Part shown: piece after piece, positions 9,225 to 18,215 of the stretch
Numbering within the stretch: the first letter of the stretch is position 1
How the letters are laid out: each line of letters begins with the position of its first letter
Notes under the pieces: generated by a model
Databases searched by the model: none
What the model was told of the DNA's origin: nothing
Seen by the model: the letters and a program-made list of their open reading frames with translations, nothing else
IMG/VR virus record: IMGVR_UViG_3300017917_001839
Span: 1-64,000 of that record
Direction: 5' to 3' (one strand)
DNA from: a virus
DNA: 64,000 nucleotides
Program-made: the position numbers and the translations under genes

Positions 9225-9980
9225 ATGGCTAATAACTACATCAAAGACACACTAAAAGATGTGCTAAGACATACACACAGTCTCGGCATCTTTGAAATGG
9301 TAAAGATTTCCGGAACACTGGAAGAAACAAACATCGAAACTGTTGACGCAAACAAGACAGTAATTTTTAAAGGCAAGACAGTTAATCCTGTAGCAGACTT
9401 TGTTGACGCTACAGTTGGACTAAGCCGCATGAGCGTACTAGATGGTTATCTAAAGTACCCCGGATTTGACGATGAGGCTGCTACTGTTGCTGTTGTTACG
9501 CAAAATCGCAATGACGTCGATGTTCCCGTTGAAGTGTCTTTTGTTGCAGCCGACGGTACAGATGCTAACTATCGTTTCATGCTAGCAGACGTGGTTAATC
9601 AACAGCTTAAAGAAATTAAGTTCAAAGGTGCAGAGTTCGATGTTAACATTGTACCCAGTGCTAAGAACCTCAAGGATCTAAGCTACTTCAATGGCGTGCT
9701 CGGTGCGTTTGAAGCAAACTTTAGTCCTCGCACCAAGGACGGCAAGTTGTATTTCCACATTGGCGACGGTGCTAGCGATCGTACAAAGATTCTTATTGCC
9801 GAAGCAGTTGACGGCGAGATTACTAGCGAATTCCGTTGGCCACTAGATATTGTACTAAAGATTCTTCGCTTGGGTGATAACAGTAATGTTGTTATGAGCA
9901 TTAACAGCAAAGGACTACTACAGATTAAGGTACATAGTGGTCTAGGCGAGTACACATACCTATTGCCAGCAAAGAGCTAA
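9225..9980 (+). CDS. sliding clamp (gp45/PCNA-like)
   Basis: 251 aa directly after the polymerase; alternating beta/alpha pattern ending '...YTYLLPA' as in clamp folds. Confidence 0.65.
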   Translation: MANNYIKDTLKDVLRHTHSLGIFEMVKISGTLEETNIETVDANKTVIFKGKTVNPVADFVDATVGLSRMSVLDGYLKYPGFDDEAATVAVVTQNRNDVDVPVEVSFVAADGTDANYRFMLADVVNQQLKEIKFKGAEFDVNIVPSAKNLKDLSYFNGVLGAFEANFSPRTKDGKLYFHIGDGASDRTKILIAEAVDGEITSEFRWPLDIVLKILRLGDNSNVVMSINSKGLLQIKVHSGLGEYTYLLPAKS

Positions 9981-9981
9981 T

Positions 9982-11541
9982 ATGACAGATTTTGGAAAAC
10001 GTCAAAGAGACTATGCTGTCTACTTGCCAGCTATTAGTAGTTTCTATACAAAACAATTACAAAAGGCCGTTGATAATCCAAGCGATTGGCGTATCCCTGC
10101 AGGCTTTGAATTTGGTAATGGTGGATTAGATTTTCTTAAAAGAAATGACAGCTACTATCATTATCCCTACGGACTTTACTCAGCAGGGCATGCACACTTA
10201 GATCCTGCTAAGAGTGATGCTGAAGAAGCTATGGTACAAAAGCGTGACCGTAGTTACACTACTATCTTAGGTGACTCAGGCGGTTTCCAGATTGCTACAG
10301 GTGTTCTTAAACTAGATTGGAAGAACGCAAAGGATCCAAATGATCCGGCACGTACCAAGATCTGCAACGACATCCTCAAATGGTTAGAGCATACTGCGGA
10401 CTGGAGCATGACACTGGATATTCCAGCATTTGCTGCCGTAGAGCCACTAAGCAAAAAGACCGGGCTTACAAGTTTCCAAGACACACTAGATATCAGTTTG
10501 CTTAACCTAGATTACTTTATGCGTAATCGTACACCCGGTGCAACCAAGTTCTTGAATGTTATCTCGGGCACAGATGAAGCAACTAGTAAGCAGTGGTATG
10601 AAAGTGTAAAACACTTTAGCAACAAGAGTTTTGTTGCGGAAGCATATGGCGATGCTAACCGCGCACTAGAAGGTTATGCGTTTGCTGGTATTAACATGAA
10701 GGATCTAAGTTGCGTATTGAATCGCTTGTTGGATCTACGTGAAGATGGACTATTAGAAGATAAGAACTGGATTCACTTCCTAGGTACCGGCAAACTGCAA
10801 TGGGCTTGTTATCTAACAGCTATCCAACGTGAACTACGTGTACATGATAATCCAAACATTACCCTAAGTTTTGACGCGGCAAGTCCGTTTGTTAACACAG
10901 CATATGGCCAGACTTATGCTCATAACTTCTTTGAGCCGGGCAAGTTTGGTTACTTCATGGATCGCGCATTTGACCAACAAGCTCTTAAGGGCAGTGACTT
11001 GCCTGCACCGTTTGGTCATAGTCCAGTCATGAGCAGACTAACTATGGGCGACCTATGTGTTATGTCAGCTGGAGACCTAGACAAAAATGGTAAGGCTAAA
11101 CTAGCAGAAGGTCAGCCATTGCTAGACAAGGAAGGTAAGCCAAAGTTAGATGCAGACGGTAATGAAATGTTTGCTGAACGCGACAGCACTAGCTGGGACA
11201 CACTAAGTTATCTTTACTATATGGGTCATAGTGTGTACAACCATATTGATGCTGTACAAGAAGCTAATCGACTAGCAGATGTTGAGTCATATCGCGAGTC
11301 AGTTGATTACAAGCACTGGAAGAAGCCTAGTAAGAAGTCATCAAAAGCCAACGAAGTATCACCATATGTTCCAGTTAACATTTTGTACTTCCGCAGTTTT
11401 ATTAAGGACTTGTTAGATCCAAACAACACTAATGCTAGACAAATGATTCGCGACTACAGCGACTTCCTTGCACACTTGAGTTTAGGTGGTGACGATGATG
11501 GCACCAAAGAAGAAATCCTAGACACATTTTTTGAGATGTAA
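9982..11541 (+). CDS. dpdA: TGT-family DNA 7-deazaguanine transglycosylase (DpdA-type)
   Basis: TGT catalytic motif GDSGGFQ, MTLDIP, IHFLG, SFDAASP; clustered with folE and queE. Confidence 0.8.
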   Translation: MTDFGKRQRDYAVYLPAISSFYTKQLQKAVDNPSDWRIPAGFEFGNGGLDFLKRNDSYYHYPYGLYSAGHAHLDPAKSDAEEAMVQKRDRSYTTILGDSGGFQIATGVLKLDWKNAKDPNDPARTKICNDILKWLEHTADWSMTLDIPAFAAVEPLSKKTGLTSFQDTLDISLLNLDYFMRNRTPGATKFLNVISGTDEATSKQWYESVKHFSNKSFVAEAYGDANRALEGYAFAGINMKDLSCVLNRLLDLREDGLLEDKNWIHFLGTGKLQWACYLTAIQRELRVHDNPNITLSFDAASPFVNTAYGQTYAHNFFEPGKFGYFMDRAFDQQALKGSDLPAPFGHSPVMSRLTMGDLCVMSAGDLDKNGKAKLAEGQPLLDKEGKPKLDADGNEMFAERDSTSWDTLSYLYYMGHSVYNHIDAVQEANRLADVESYRESVDYKHWKKPSKKSSKANEVSPYVPVNILYFRSFIKDLLDPNNTNARQMIRDYSDFLAHLSLGGDDDGTKEEILDTFFEM

Positions 11542-11543
11542 TT

Positions 11544-11717
11544 ATGTTTACTATGAGAATGTATGCGTGGAACTTGCAATGCACCAATCACGAGTGCGGT
11601 GCATTTTATGAACAGAAGAGAACAGAGCCCGATGTACTATGCAACCGTTGTGGTTCTTTGCTAACTGTTACAGAAAAAGTTATTTTTAAAGAGGATGACA
11701 AAGATGCCAATTCCTGA
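11544..11717 (+). CDS. 57-aa zinc-ribbon protein
   Basis: Hand translation MFTMRMYAWNLQCTNHECGAFYEQKRTEPDVLCNRCGSLL...; two Cys pairs; fills the gap after dpdA. Confidence 0.6.
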   Translation: MFTMRMYAWNLQCTNHECGAFYEQKRTEPDVLCNRCGSLLTVTEKVIFKEDDKDANS

Positions 11718-11892
11718 GAGAATTATTATTCCTGCCGCCAAGGATCCAAGTCGCGGACACTTTTATGTTAGCCTAGTAAAGAGTGGATTACGTATTGCAG
11801 CAGGTGGATTCCTACTAACAGGTAATGTATTCCTCGCTGGTATACTACTAATAGGTGCCGAAGTATTAGGCATTGTTGAGGAAATTGTATGA
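11704..11892 (+). CDS. small membrane protein
   Basis: Hydrophobic 'SLVKSGLRIAAG...AEVLGIVEE'; RBS GAGG. Confidence 0.65.
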   Translation: MPIPERIIIPAAKDPSRGHFYVSLVKSGLRIAAGGFLLTGNVFLAGILLIGAEVLGIVEEIV

Positions 11893-12401
11893 ACCGAGAA
11901 GGTCACAATGATGTTAACTTCTTTGTAGGTACCGAAGTAGAACATAGCCCTGCACACGGACAGAGAACACTGTTTGTTGTAGGGCTACAGTCCAAAGAAG
12001 AAATCTTAGCTCGTGCGTTAAACAATAAATGCCCGCACATCTATTTAGGTGCCAACCAAAGTTTTGACCCAGCAACAGATGTCGAATGGGATAATTGGAA
12101 TAAATTAATTCGCGATCTTCTCAATGATGGCATTTGGGTTACACTAGACTTTGATGTTAAGTTTGCAAAGCATCCATGGTTCCACGATGGTGGTTGGTGC
12201 GAATTTGATAACTTTATCCCTATGGTTAGTGTTAAGTTGCCTTATATTAGGTTGTTCAACTACAACACTACAATCAAAATTGACGACACTGATTTTAAGA
12301 AATCAAATCCTGGTGTTTGGTGCCACAGCTTGCACAGCCTACAAAACAGAGAAAACTTCACTGACTGGTCTAAATATACTAGCGACGAAGTTATCTCTTG
12401 A
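11889..12401 (+). CDS. conserved hypothetical protein in the 7-deazaguanine cluster
   Basis: FFVGTEVEH, HIYLGANQSF and IKIDD.DF...NPGVWCH motifs; ATGA overlap. Confidence 0.7.
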   Translation: MNREGHNDVNFFVGTEVEHSPAHGQRTLFVVGLQSKEEILARALNNKCPHIYLGANQSFDPATDVEWDNWNKLIRDLLNDGIWVTLDFDVKFAKHPWFHDGGWCEFDNFIPMVSVKLPYIRLFNYNTTIKIDDTDFKKSNPGVWCHSLHSLQNRENFTDWSKYTSDEVIS

Positions 12402-12435
12402 CATACACAAAAAGTGTAGTATATTATAAACTAAT

Positions 12436-12618
12436 ATGAATATAAAATTAGAATGTGACGATGATGGAGTAGTAGTAAGTACCACGTTAAAGATTGATAG
12501 TTTAGATACTGAACAAGACTTACAAGAAGTCTTTATGAAGTTCATCAAATTTATTCGTAAGTGCGGTGCTAAGTTTCCTGAAGAGTTGGAACAAATAGAG
12601 CAGGAGTTTAGAAAGTAA
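12436..12618 (+). CDS. hypothetical protein
   Basis: Short ORF after TTGACA(12398-12403). Confidence 0.55.
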   Translation: MNIKLECDDDGVVVSTTLKIDSLDTEQDLQEVFMKFIKFIRKCGAKFPEELEQIEQEFRK

Positions 12619-12812
12619 TGGAAATAATTATTAACATTATAGTTGGCTTAGCCGCATTTGTTTTCTTTTCTATTCTTACTTGGTTTGTTTGGGAATCAAA
12701 CAAATATATTTCCGAACGCAATCGTTTAAGAAAAGAAACAGGCAAATACTACGAACATGAGATCCACGAAGAAATACTAAGGCGTTCAGCCGAAAGCAAG
12801 GACAAAGAATGA
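12618..12812 (+). CDS. small membrane-anchored protein
   Basis: N-terminal TM helix, translationally coupled. Confidence 0.6.
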   Translation: MEIIINIIVGLAAFVFFSILTWFVWESNKYISERNRLRKETGKYYEHEIHEEILRRSAESKDKE

Positions 12813-13219
12813 AAACTATTTGGGTTACGTTTCAAAAAGAAGGCGTCCACATGTATCCGGGTGCCGACACAGATCCTAAGTTAGCCACAGGCGGATGGGA
12901 TGATGTAAGTTTTCTAGGTGTGCCGCACAGGCACATGTTCCATTTTAAAGTATGGATTGAAGTATTCCACGACGATAGAGATATCGAATTTATTCAGTTT
13001 AAGCGTTGGCTAGAACGTCAGTACAGCACAGGCGTACTTGAATTGAATCATAAGAGTTGCGAGATGATCGCAGAAGATTTAGCACAGACAATTAGGAAAA
13101 AGTATCCTAGTCGCTGGCTAAAAATTTCTGTAGCCGAAGATAATGAAAACGGCTGCGAAATTGACTTTCCTGTTCAATTAGAAGATTGGCAGGTAGACGG
13201 TCCAACACATTTCAATTAA
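12809..13219 (+). CDS. dpdL: QueD-paralog T-fold protein, DpdL-like (putative CDG decarboxylase)
   Basis: T-fold layout (H...HRH...SCEMIA...EDNENG) with LGVPHRHMF = LxxxHRHxF instead of the QueD CxxxHGH motif. Confidence 0.6.
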   Translation: MKTIWVTFQKEGVHMYPGADTDPKLATGGWDDVSFLGVPHRHMFHFKVWIEVFHDDRDIEFIQFKRWLERQYSTGVLELNHKSCEMIAEDLAQTIRKKYPSRWLKISVAEDNENGCEIDFPVQLEDWQVDGPTHFN

Positions 13220-13231
13220 TAGGAGAAAAAC

Positions 13232-13420
13232 ATGACCGAGACACATTTGAAGATGAAGACACTATTCGATGAATACCTTAAGGAATCAGAAGCATTTGAA
13301 GTAAAGGGCGTTAAGGCAGCGGCTGCTCGCGCTCGTAAGGCACTAGGTGAGCTTGGTAAGCTAACCAAGCTTCGTCGTGCTGAAATTCAGGATAAGAAGA
13401 ACGCTGCTAGCGCAGGCTAA
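13232..13420 (+). CDS. histone H1-like Hc1-family small basic protein
   Basis: F.VKGVKAAAARARKALGEL.KL.K.RR.EIQ motif. Confidence 0.7.
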   Translation: MTETHLKMKTLFDEYLKESEAFEVKGVKAAAARARKALGELGKLTKLRRAEIQDKKNAASAG

Positions 13421-13432
13421 GGAGAAAAGGTA

Positions 13433-14110
13433 ATGACACCTGACGTATCATACAGAACAGCAACTGACATTAATGTTGCAATGGCGAGAGTCTACAACAA
13501 CATGTTTTTTGCTGTGCTTACAAGCATGGTGGTAAGCTACTTTGTTGGTAGCTCACCAGAACTACTACAATTCTTTTTTACAGGATTTACCAAGTGGGTA
13601 GTGATTTTTGCACCACTGGCATTTATCTTTGCTGTGCCATTCTTGCTTAATTCAAGCATTGGTCGCACAGGAAAGCTACTAGTACTGCATGGCTTTGCGG
13701 CCTTAATGGGACTTAGTTTTGCTACCATCTTTGCTGTATATACAATGGGCAGTATCTTTAGTGCCTTTATGGGTGCAGCCGTACTTTTTGGGACTATGAG
13801 TTTTTATGGATATTTCACGAAGAGAAGTCTTGATAGCGTTGGCCGCTTTATGTTTGTTGGTCTTATTGCTATCATCATTGCCAGCATTATTAATATTTTT
13901 GTTGGTAGCACTTTGGCTGCTATGGTAATTAGTGCCTTAGCAATCATTGTTTTCTTGGGACTAACTGCTTACGATACACAAAAGATTCGTGAGCAGATTA
14001 TGTACAGCAACTTTGACGACAGTGCAGAAATTTCAGGTGCGCTAACACTGTACTTGGATTTTATTAACTTGTTTATTAGCTTGCTGAGTCTCTTTGGTAA
14101 TAGGAAGTAA
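13433..14110 (+). CDS. Bax inhibitor-1/YccA-YbhL family membrane protein
   Basis: About 7 TM helices; AYDTQKI and ALTLYLDFINLF signature. Confidence 0.92.
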   Translation: MTPDVSYRTATDINVAMARVYNNMFFAVLTSMVVSYFVGSSPELLQFFFTGFTKWVVIFAPLAFIFAVPFLLNSSIGRTGKLLVLHGFAALMGLSFATIFAVYTMGSIFSAFMGAAVLFGTMSFYGYFTKRSLDSVGRFMFVGLIAIIIASIINIFVGSTLAAMVISALAIIVFLGLTAYDTQKIREQIMYSNFDDSAEISGALTLYLDFINLFISLLSLFGNRK

Positions 14111-14111
14111 A

Positions 14112-14294
14112 ATGAGCGAAGCACCCAAAAGTGCTGATGATCAAAATGCGGTAACCGATCAGCCTGAAAAAGTTGATAAGGTTACCGCAGATCGTCTAAA
14201 TAACTATGCACAAAGCCTTAACGATCCTATTACACATGTAGTGGATTATGGCGGATTAACAGATAACACACAGAGGAAAAACAAGAATGCGTAA
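14112..14294 (+). CDS. hypothetical protein
   Basis: ATG at 14112 after RBS TAGGA. Confidence 0.5.
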   Translation: MSEAPKSADDQNAVTDQPEKVDKVTADRLNNYAQSLNDPITHVVDYGGLTDNTQRKNKNA

Positions 14295-15465
14295 GCTATT
14301 CTATATGGGGTTAGAACCATATGAAGGTAGATATACACTACAGCTTCAACAATGGAATGAAGCTGTTTTTCAGCGACGTGGCATTGACTACGTTATTGTT
14401 CCAGGTTCAACTATTGACAACACTAAAGCAATTAGTGTAGGTCAAGTACTTGATGCACACGGACGTAGTTTCTTTGGCATGAGCCAAATGATGAACCTTG
14501 TGCAAATGATGAGGCGAGGCGATGTAACACATGAAGACGTTATCTACTTTGAAGACATGTTCCAACCCGGTATCGAAAGTTTACCTTACATATTTGATCA
14601 AATCCCTGCTGATCAGCGGCCTCGTGTATATGTGCGTTGTCTTGCTCAGTCCATTGATCCTGATGATTTCGTACACGTATGGGGTATGGAAAAATGGATG
14701 GGACTCTACGAACAAATGGTTAATGAGTTCGTGGATGGCGTTCTCGCCACAAATGAAGAGATGGTCGCTCATATGCGTATTGCTGGATGGTCTGCTCCTC
14801 TATATAATATTAGCGGGCTAGCTTTTGGCAAGGATGAAGTGCGCAATCGTGTAAACAACAACATTAAGCCATGGGATCAACGTGCAAGACGTGTAGTGTT
14901 TGCTGCACGTTTTGATCAAGAGAAGCAACCAGACTTTTACATGGATCTCATTGAAGCATGGCATCGTAATAACATGCCGGCTACAGAGTTTGCTGTACTA
15001 AGCGGTGGTCCTCTACGTAGTAACAATCCTCGATATCTAGAACGTGCTGAACAGCTAGAAGCCCGCGGTATGTTAAAGATTTATAAGGATCTTAAAAAGA
15101 ACGACTACTACAACATTGTCAATGATAGTCGTGTGCTGTTTAACTGTGCGTTACAAGACTGGGTAAGCAACACTGTTAGCGAAGCAGATGCACTTGGATG
15201 TAATGTGCTGTATCCTGCTTATCGCAGTTTCCCAGAGACATTTGCAAACGATCATACAAGAATGTATGTTCCTTGGAGTCAACAGGATGCATTTGACAAG
15301 CTAACTGGATTGCTGGACGCTCCGCACCCAGCACAAGGAAAGATCTCCGAATGGAACAACGGTACTATTGATCGTATTATTGATATTATTGAAGGTAATG
15401 GAGAGGTTTGGAATCGCAGCGGCAACAGATATAGAGATCATGTTGCTCCTGCAAAATACAAATAA
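14287..15465 (+). CDS. GT-B (GT4-like) glycosyltransferase
   Basis: FAARFDQEKQP and 'QDWVSNTVSEADALGC' (Ex7E-like region). Confidence 0.75.
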   Translation: MRKLFYMGLEPYEGRYTLQLQQWNEAVFQRRGIDYVIVPGSTIDNTKAISVGQVLDAHGRSFFGMSQMMNLVQMMRRGDVTHEDVIYFEDMFQPGIESLPYIFDQIPADQRPRVYVRCLAQSIDPDDFVHVWGMEKWMGLYEQMVNEFVDGVLATNEEMVAHMRIAGWSAPLYNISGLAFGKDEVRNRVNNNIKPWDQRARRVVFAARFDQEKQPDFYMDLIEAWHRNNMPATEFAVLSGGPLRSNNPRYLERAEQLEARGMLKIYKDLKKNDYYNIVNDSRVLFNCALQDWVSNTVSEADALGCNVLYPAYRSFPETFANDHTRMYVPWSQQDAFDKLTGLLDAPHPAQGKISEWNNGTIDRIIDIIEGNGEVWNRSGNRYRDHVAPAKYK

Positions 15466-15476
15466 AGGTAAAAATT

Positions 15477-16466
15477 ATGTTTATGCAAAAAGTAGCAGAA
15501 CCAAAGACAGTACTAGTAACAGGAGGCAGTGGCTTTATTGGCCAGATGGCATGTCGTTTACTAGTTGCTGCCGGTCACAATATTATTAACATTGACCGAC
15601 GTAAGGTTGATATTCCTGGTGTTCATCAGTATCCATTTGATATCGATAACAATCAACTTAAGGGAATTATTAACCTTACCAAACCAGACACTATCATGCA
15701 CTTTGCTGCCGATCATGAGGTTGGCCGCAGTGTTACTGAACCTGGCGTCTTTTATTGGAACAATGTTGCTAATACTGTGAGTCTGCTTAACCATGCAGTT
15801 AGAGCTGGAGTTAAGAACTTTATCTTTAGCAGTAGCAGTAGTGTATACGGAAACATTACTAAGTTTCCTACCACAGAAGACACTCCTAGAAATCCAATCT
15901 CTCCATATGGTAAAAGTAAGAACATGGTTGAAGACATTCTGCCCGACTTTTACACAGCATATGGACTAAAGTTTGCATCACTTAGATATTTTAATGCAGC
16001 AGGTGCAGATCCAAACGGAGAGTGTGGCTATACACAAGACCCAGCAAGCCACTTGATTCCAATTATCTGCCGTTCAGTTATCCGCGGTGAGACACTTAAG
16101 ATTTACGGCGATGACTACAATACAGTAGACGGTACCTGTGTGCGCGATTACACCCACGTATTTGATATTGCTAGTGCGCACCTTGCTGCCATGAATTATC
16201 TCGACGATGGCGGTGAGTGTGGTGCATTTAATATTGGTGCAGGCAATGGTACTAGTATCCTTTCTGTTATCAAAGAGTTTGAGAAGGTAACAGGGGAGAA
16301 AGTCAAGTACGAAGTAGCACCGAGACGTGCCGGTGATCCACCTACTACATATGCAGACATTACAAAGGCAAAGACAGCGTTTGGTTGGGAACCTATCTAT
16401 GGTATTCCAGATATTGTTAGACACGCATACGACTGGGAAGTGAAGCAGCAGAAGAAAAGAAAATGA
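15477..16466 (+). CDS. galE: UDP-glucose 4-epimerase
   Basis: TGGSGFIG, FSSSSSVYG, YGKSK, LRYFNAAGA, DGTCVRDY, RRAGDP. Confidence 0.92.
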   Translation: MFMQKVAEPKTVLVTGGSGFIGQMACRLLVAAGHNIINIDRRKVDIPGVHQYPFDIDNNQLKGIINLTKPDTIMHFAADHEVGRSVTEPGVFYWNNVANTVSLLNHAVRAGVKNFIFSSSSSVYGNITKFPTTEDTPRNPISPYGKSKNMVEDILPDFYTAYGLKFASLRYFNAAGADPNGECGYTQDPASHLIPIICRSVIRGETLKIYGDDYNTVDGTCVRDYTHVFDIASAHLAAMNYLDDGGECGAFNIGAGNGTSILSVIKEFEKVTGEKVKYEVAPRRAGDPPTTYADITKAKTAFGWEPIYGIPDIVRHAYDWEVKQQKKRK

Positions 16467-16930
16467 CCAAATACGAGTATCTATCACACAAGGACATGAA
16501 TAACTACTATGCTGAAGTTATTCGTAGTATGACAGTTGACAAGTTTAAGCCAGATGTAGTATTCGCACCAATGCGCGGCGGCGCCGACTTTGGTATTAAA
16601 CTAAGCAACTATTACGATATTCCGTTTGAATCAATCCAGTGGCAGACCAGAGATGGTTCAGCTAGAGACGTAGCAAGACTCAAAGAGTTATATACAACCT
16701 ATGACGGCAAACAAATTCTAATTGTTGATGATATCTGCGATAGTGGAGAAACACTTAAGGGAATTGAGGCAGCATCAGGGTATAACAGAAGTAATATTAG
16801 ATTTGCTGTAGCTATCGAAAACTTAGAGTGCGGTTTTGCTTGCGATTATTCTGCAAGACAAATTGGTCGTTCCGACGACACACAATGGTTTGTCTTTCCT
16901 TGGGAAGATTGGTGGCGTAGGCTTGATTAA
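16463..16930 (+). CDS. type I phosphoribosyltransferase (Gpt/Hpt-like)
   Basis: MRGG, PRPP loop LIVDDICDSGET, WFVFPWE. Confidence 0.88.
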   Translation: MTKYEYLSHKDMNNYYAEVIRSMTVDKFKPDVVFAPMRGGADFGIKLSNYYDIPFESIQWQTRDGSARDVARLKELYTTYDGKQILIVDDICDSGETLKGIEAASGYNRSNIRFAVAIENLECGFACDYSARQIGRSDDTQWFVFPWEDWWRRLD

Positions 16931-16944
16931 TAAGTAGAAGCAGG

Positions 16945-18111
16945 ATGAATTTATCAACAGGCCTTTTTGACATACAAGCAGTACATATTGAACCAAGTGG
17001 CATGTGCCAAGCAACATGCTCTAGGTGTCCTCGGGCAGTAGGAACTAACCGTCAGGACACAGTAGGCTTTATTAGCTTCGCTGATTACGAAACTCACATC
17101 GCGCCATACCTAAATAGATTTGGAATTACCTTTTGCGGTAACTACGGCGATCCGATGATGAATCCCGAAATGGCTGCAATTGCGATTGATGCTGCTAAAA
17201 GAAAAAATAGACCCAGCATTAACACAAATGGTGGTATTGGTAAAACCCAAGACTACTACGATATGGCCGCTGCCGGAGTACGTTTCATATTTGACGTAGA
17301 AGGTTCTACTCAAGAAATACACGAACGTTATCGTCGTGGTGTAAACTTTGCTAATCTGAAAAAGAATATACAAAGTGCATACGAAGGATGGAACTCTATT
17401 AGGCATGCACCAAACAATGCACAAATTGAGTTTTATGTAATACCTTGGTCGCACACAATTGCAGATCTTAAAAATATCATTGAGCTAGCAAAGAGTGTTG
17501 AAGCAAATATTATTATACCGCGGCCTCGACATTTAGCTGGAGGTACACCTGCGTTTGATAGGAATGGTACTATAATCGATGTACTTTCCTTAAATGAAAA
17601 TTGGCAATCGTTCCCATATGGTACATACTTCCACAGTGCCCCGGAACCCACATTAGACAAACTATTAGACTTTGATTGGGGTCAACCTATACCTATTACT
17701 AATACCAAGTGGTATGGTATGCAACAAAAGGAACGTGTTGAGCAGTACAAGCCTTACGAATACCAAGAGAATGTTGACTACTTTAATTATCATAGTAGCC
17801 CAGTTAAGGTAAACTGCAAAGTTGAAAAACAAAACAGTGTGTTTATTTCATACGATCTTAAACTATTACCTTGTTGTCATTTAGGTACACATATTACAGG
17901 CGAAACTGCGAAACTAAGAAGAGCCTGGGACGATTGGATTAAACTAGCACTTAATCATTATGCCGACTGCGGCGATCATACATTTGATCTTAAGAGTCGC
18001 AAATTTGATGAGATTGTAAATGACCCTGTTTGGAGGCAGTTTGCATTTGGTAATCTTGAAGGAAACAAGGTATTGAAATACTGCGAAGTTATTTGCGGTT
18101 TATGCAAGTAA
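16945..18111 (+). CDS. radical SAM protein with C-terminal SPASM/twitch-like domain
   Basis: CQATCSRC, GNYGDP, NTNG; C-terminal C...PCC...CEVIC. Confidence 0.85.
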   Translation: MNLSTGLFDIQAVHIEPSGMCQATCSRCPRAVGTNRQDTVGFISFADYETHIAPYLNRFGITFCGNYGDPMMNPEMAAIAIDAAKRKNRPSINTNGGIGKTQDYYDMAAAGVRFIFDVEGSTQEIHERYRRGVNFANLKKNIQSAYEGWNSIRHAPNNAQIEFYVIPWSHTIADLKNIIELAKSVEANIIIPRPRHLAGGTPAFDRNGTIIDVLSLNENWQSFPYGTYFHSAPEPTLDKLLDFDWGQPIPITNTKWYGMQQKERVEQYKPYEYQENVDYFNYHSSPVKVNCKVEKQNSVFISYDLKLLPCCHLGTHITGETAKLRRAWDDWIKLALNHYADCGDHTFDLKSRKFDEIVNDPVWRQFAFGNLEGNKVLKYCEVICGLCK

Positions 18112-18114
18112 ACA

Positions 18115-18157
18115 TTGACAAAAACCTATGTTTATAGTACAATGAAATGTATAAATA
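18115..18157 (+). promoter_or_regulatory. tandem sigma70 and T4-late-like promoters for folE
   Basis: TTGACA(18115-18120)-17bp-TACAAT(18138-18143); TATAAATA(18150-18157). Confidence 0.7.
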
Positions 18158-18215
18158 TATTTGCTACACAAAGGTAGCAAAACAATTTAAATTATCCGTG
18201 TAAGGAAGGAACTAT

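Noticed and set aside
9982-11541. Ordinary tRNA-guanine transglycosylase (Tgt)
   Set aside because: Lacks the C-terminal CxCxxC zinc motif of bacterial Tgt and sits in the replication module, which fits DpdA better
18158-18215. preQ1 riboswitch upstream of folE
   Set aside because: Hairpin plus A-rich tail, but the loop lacks the preQ1-I consensus
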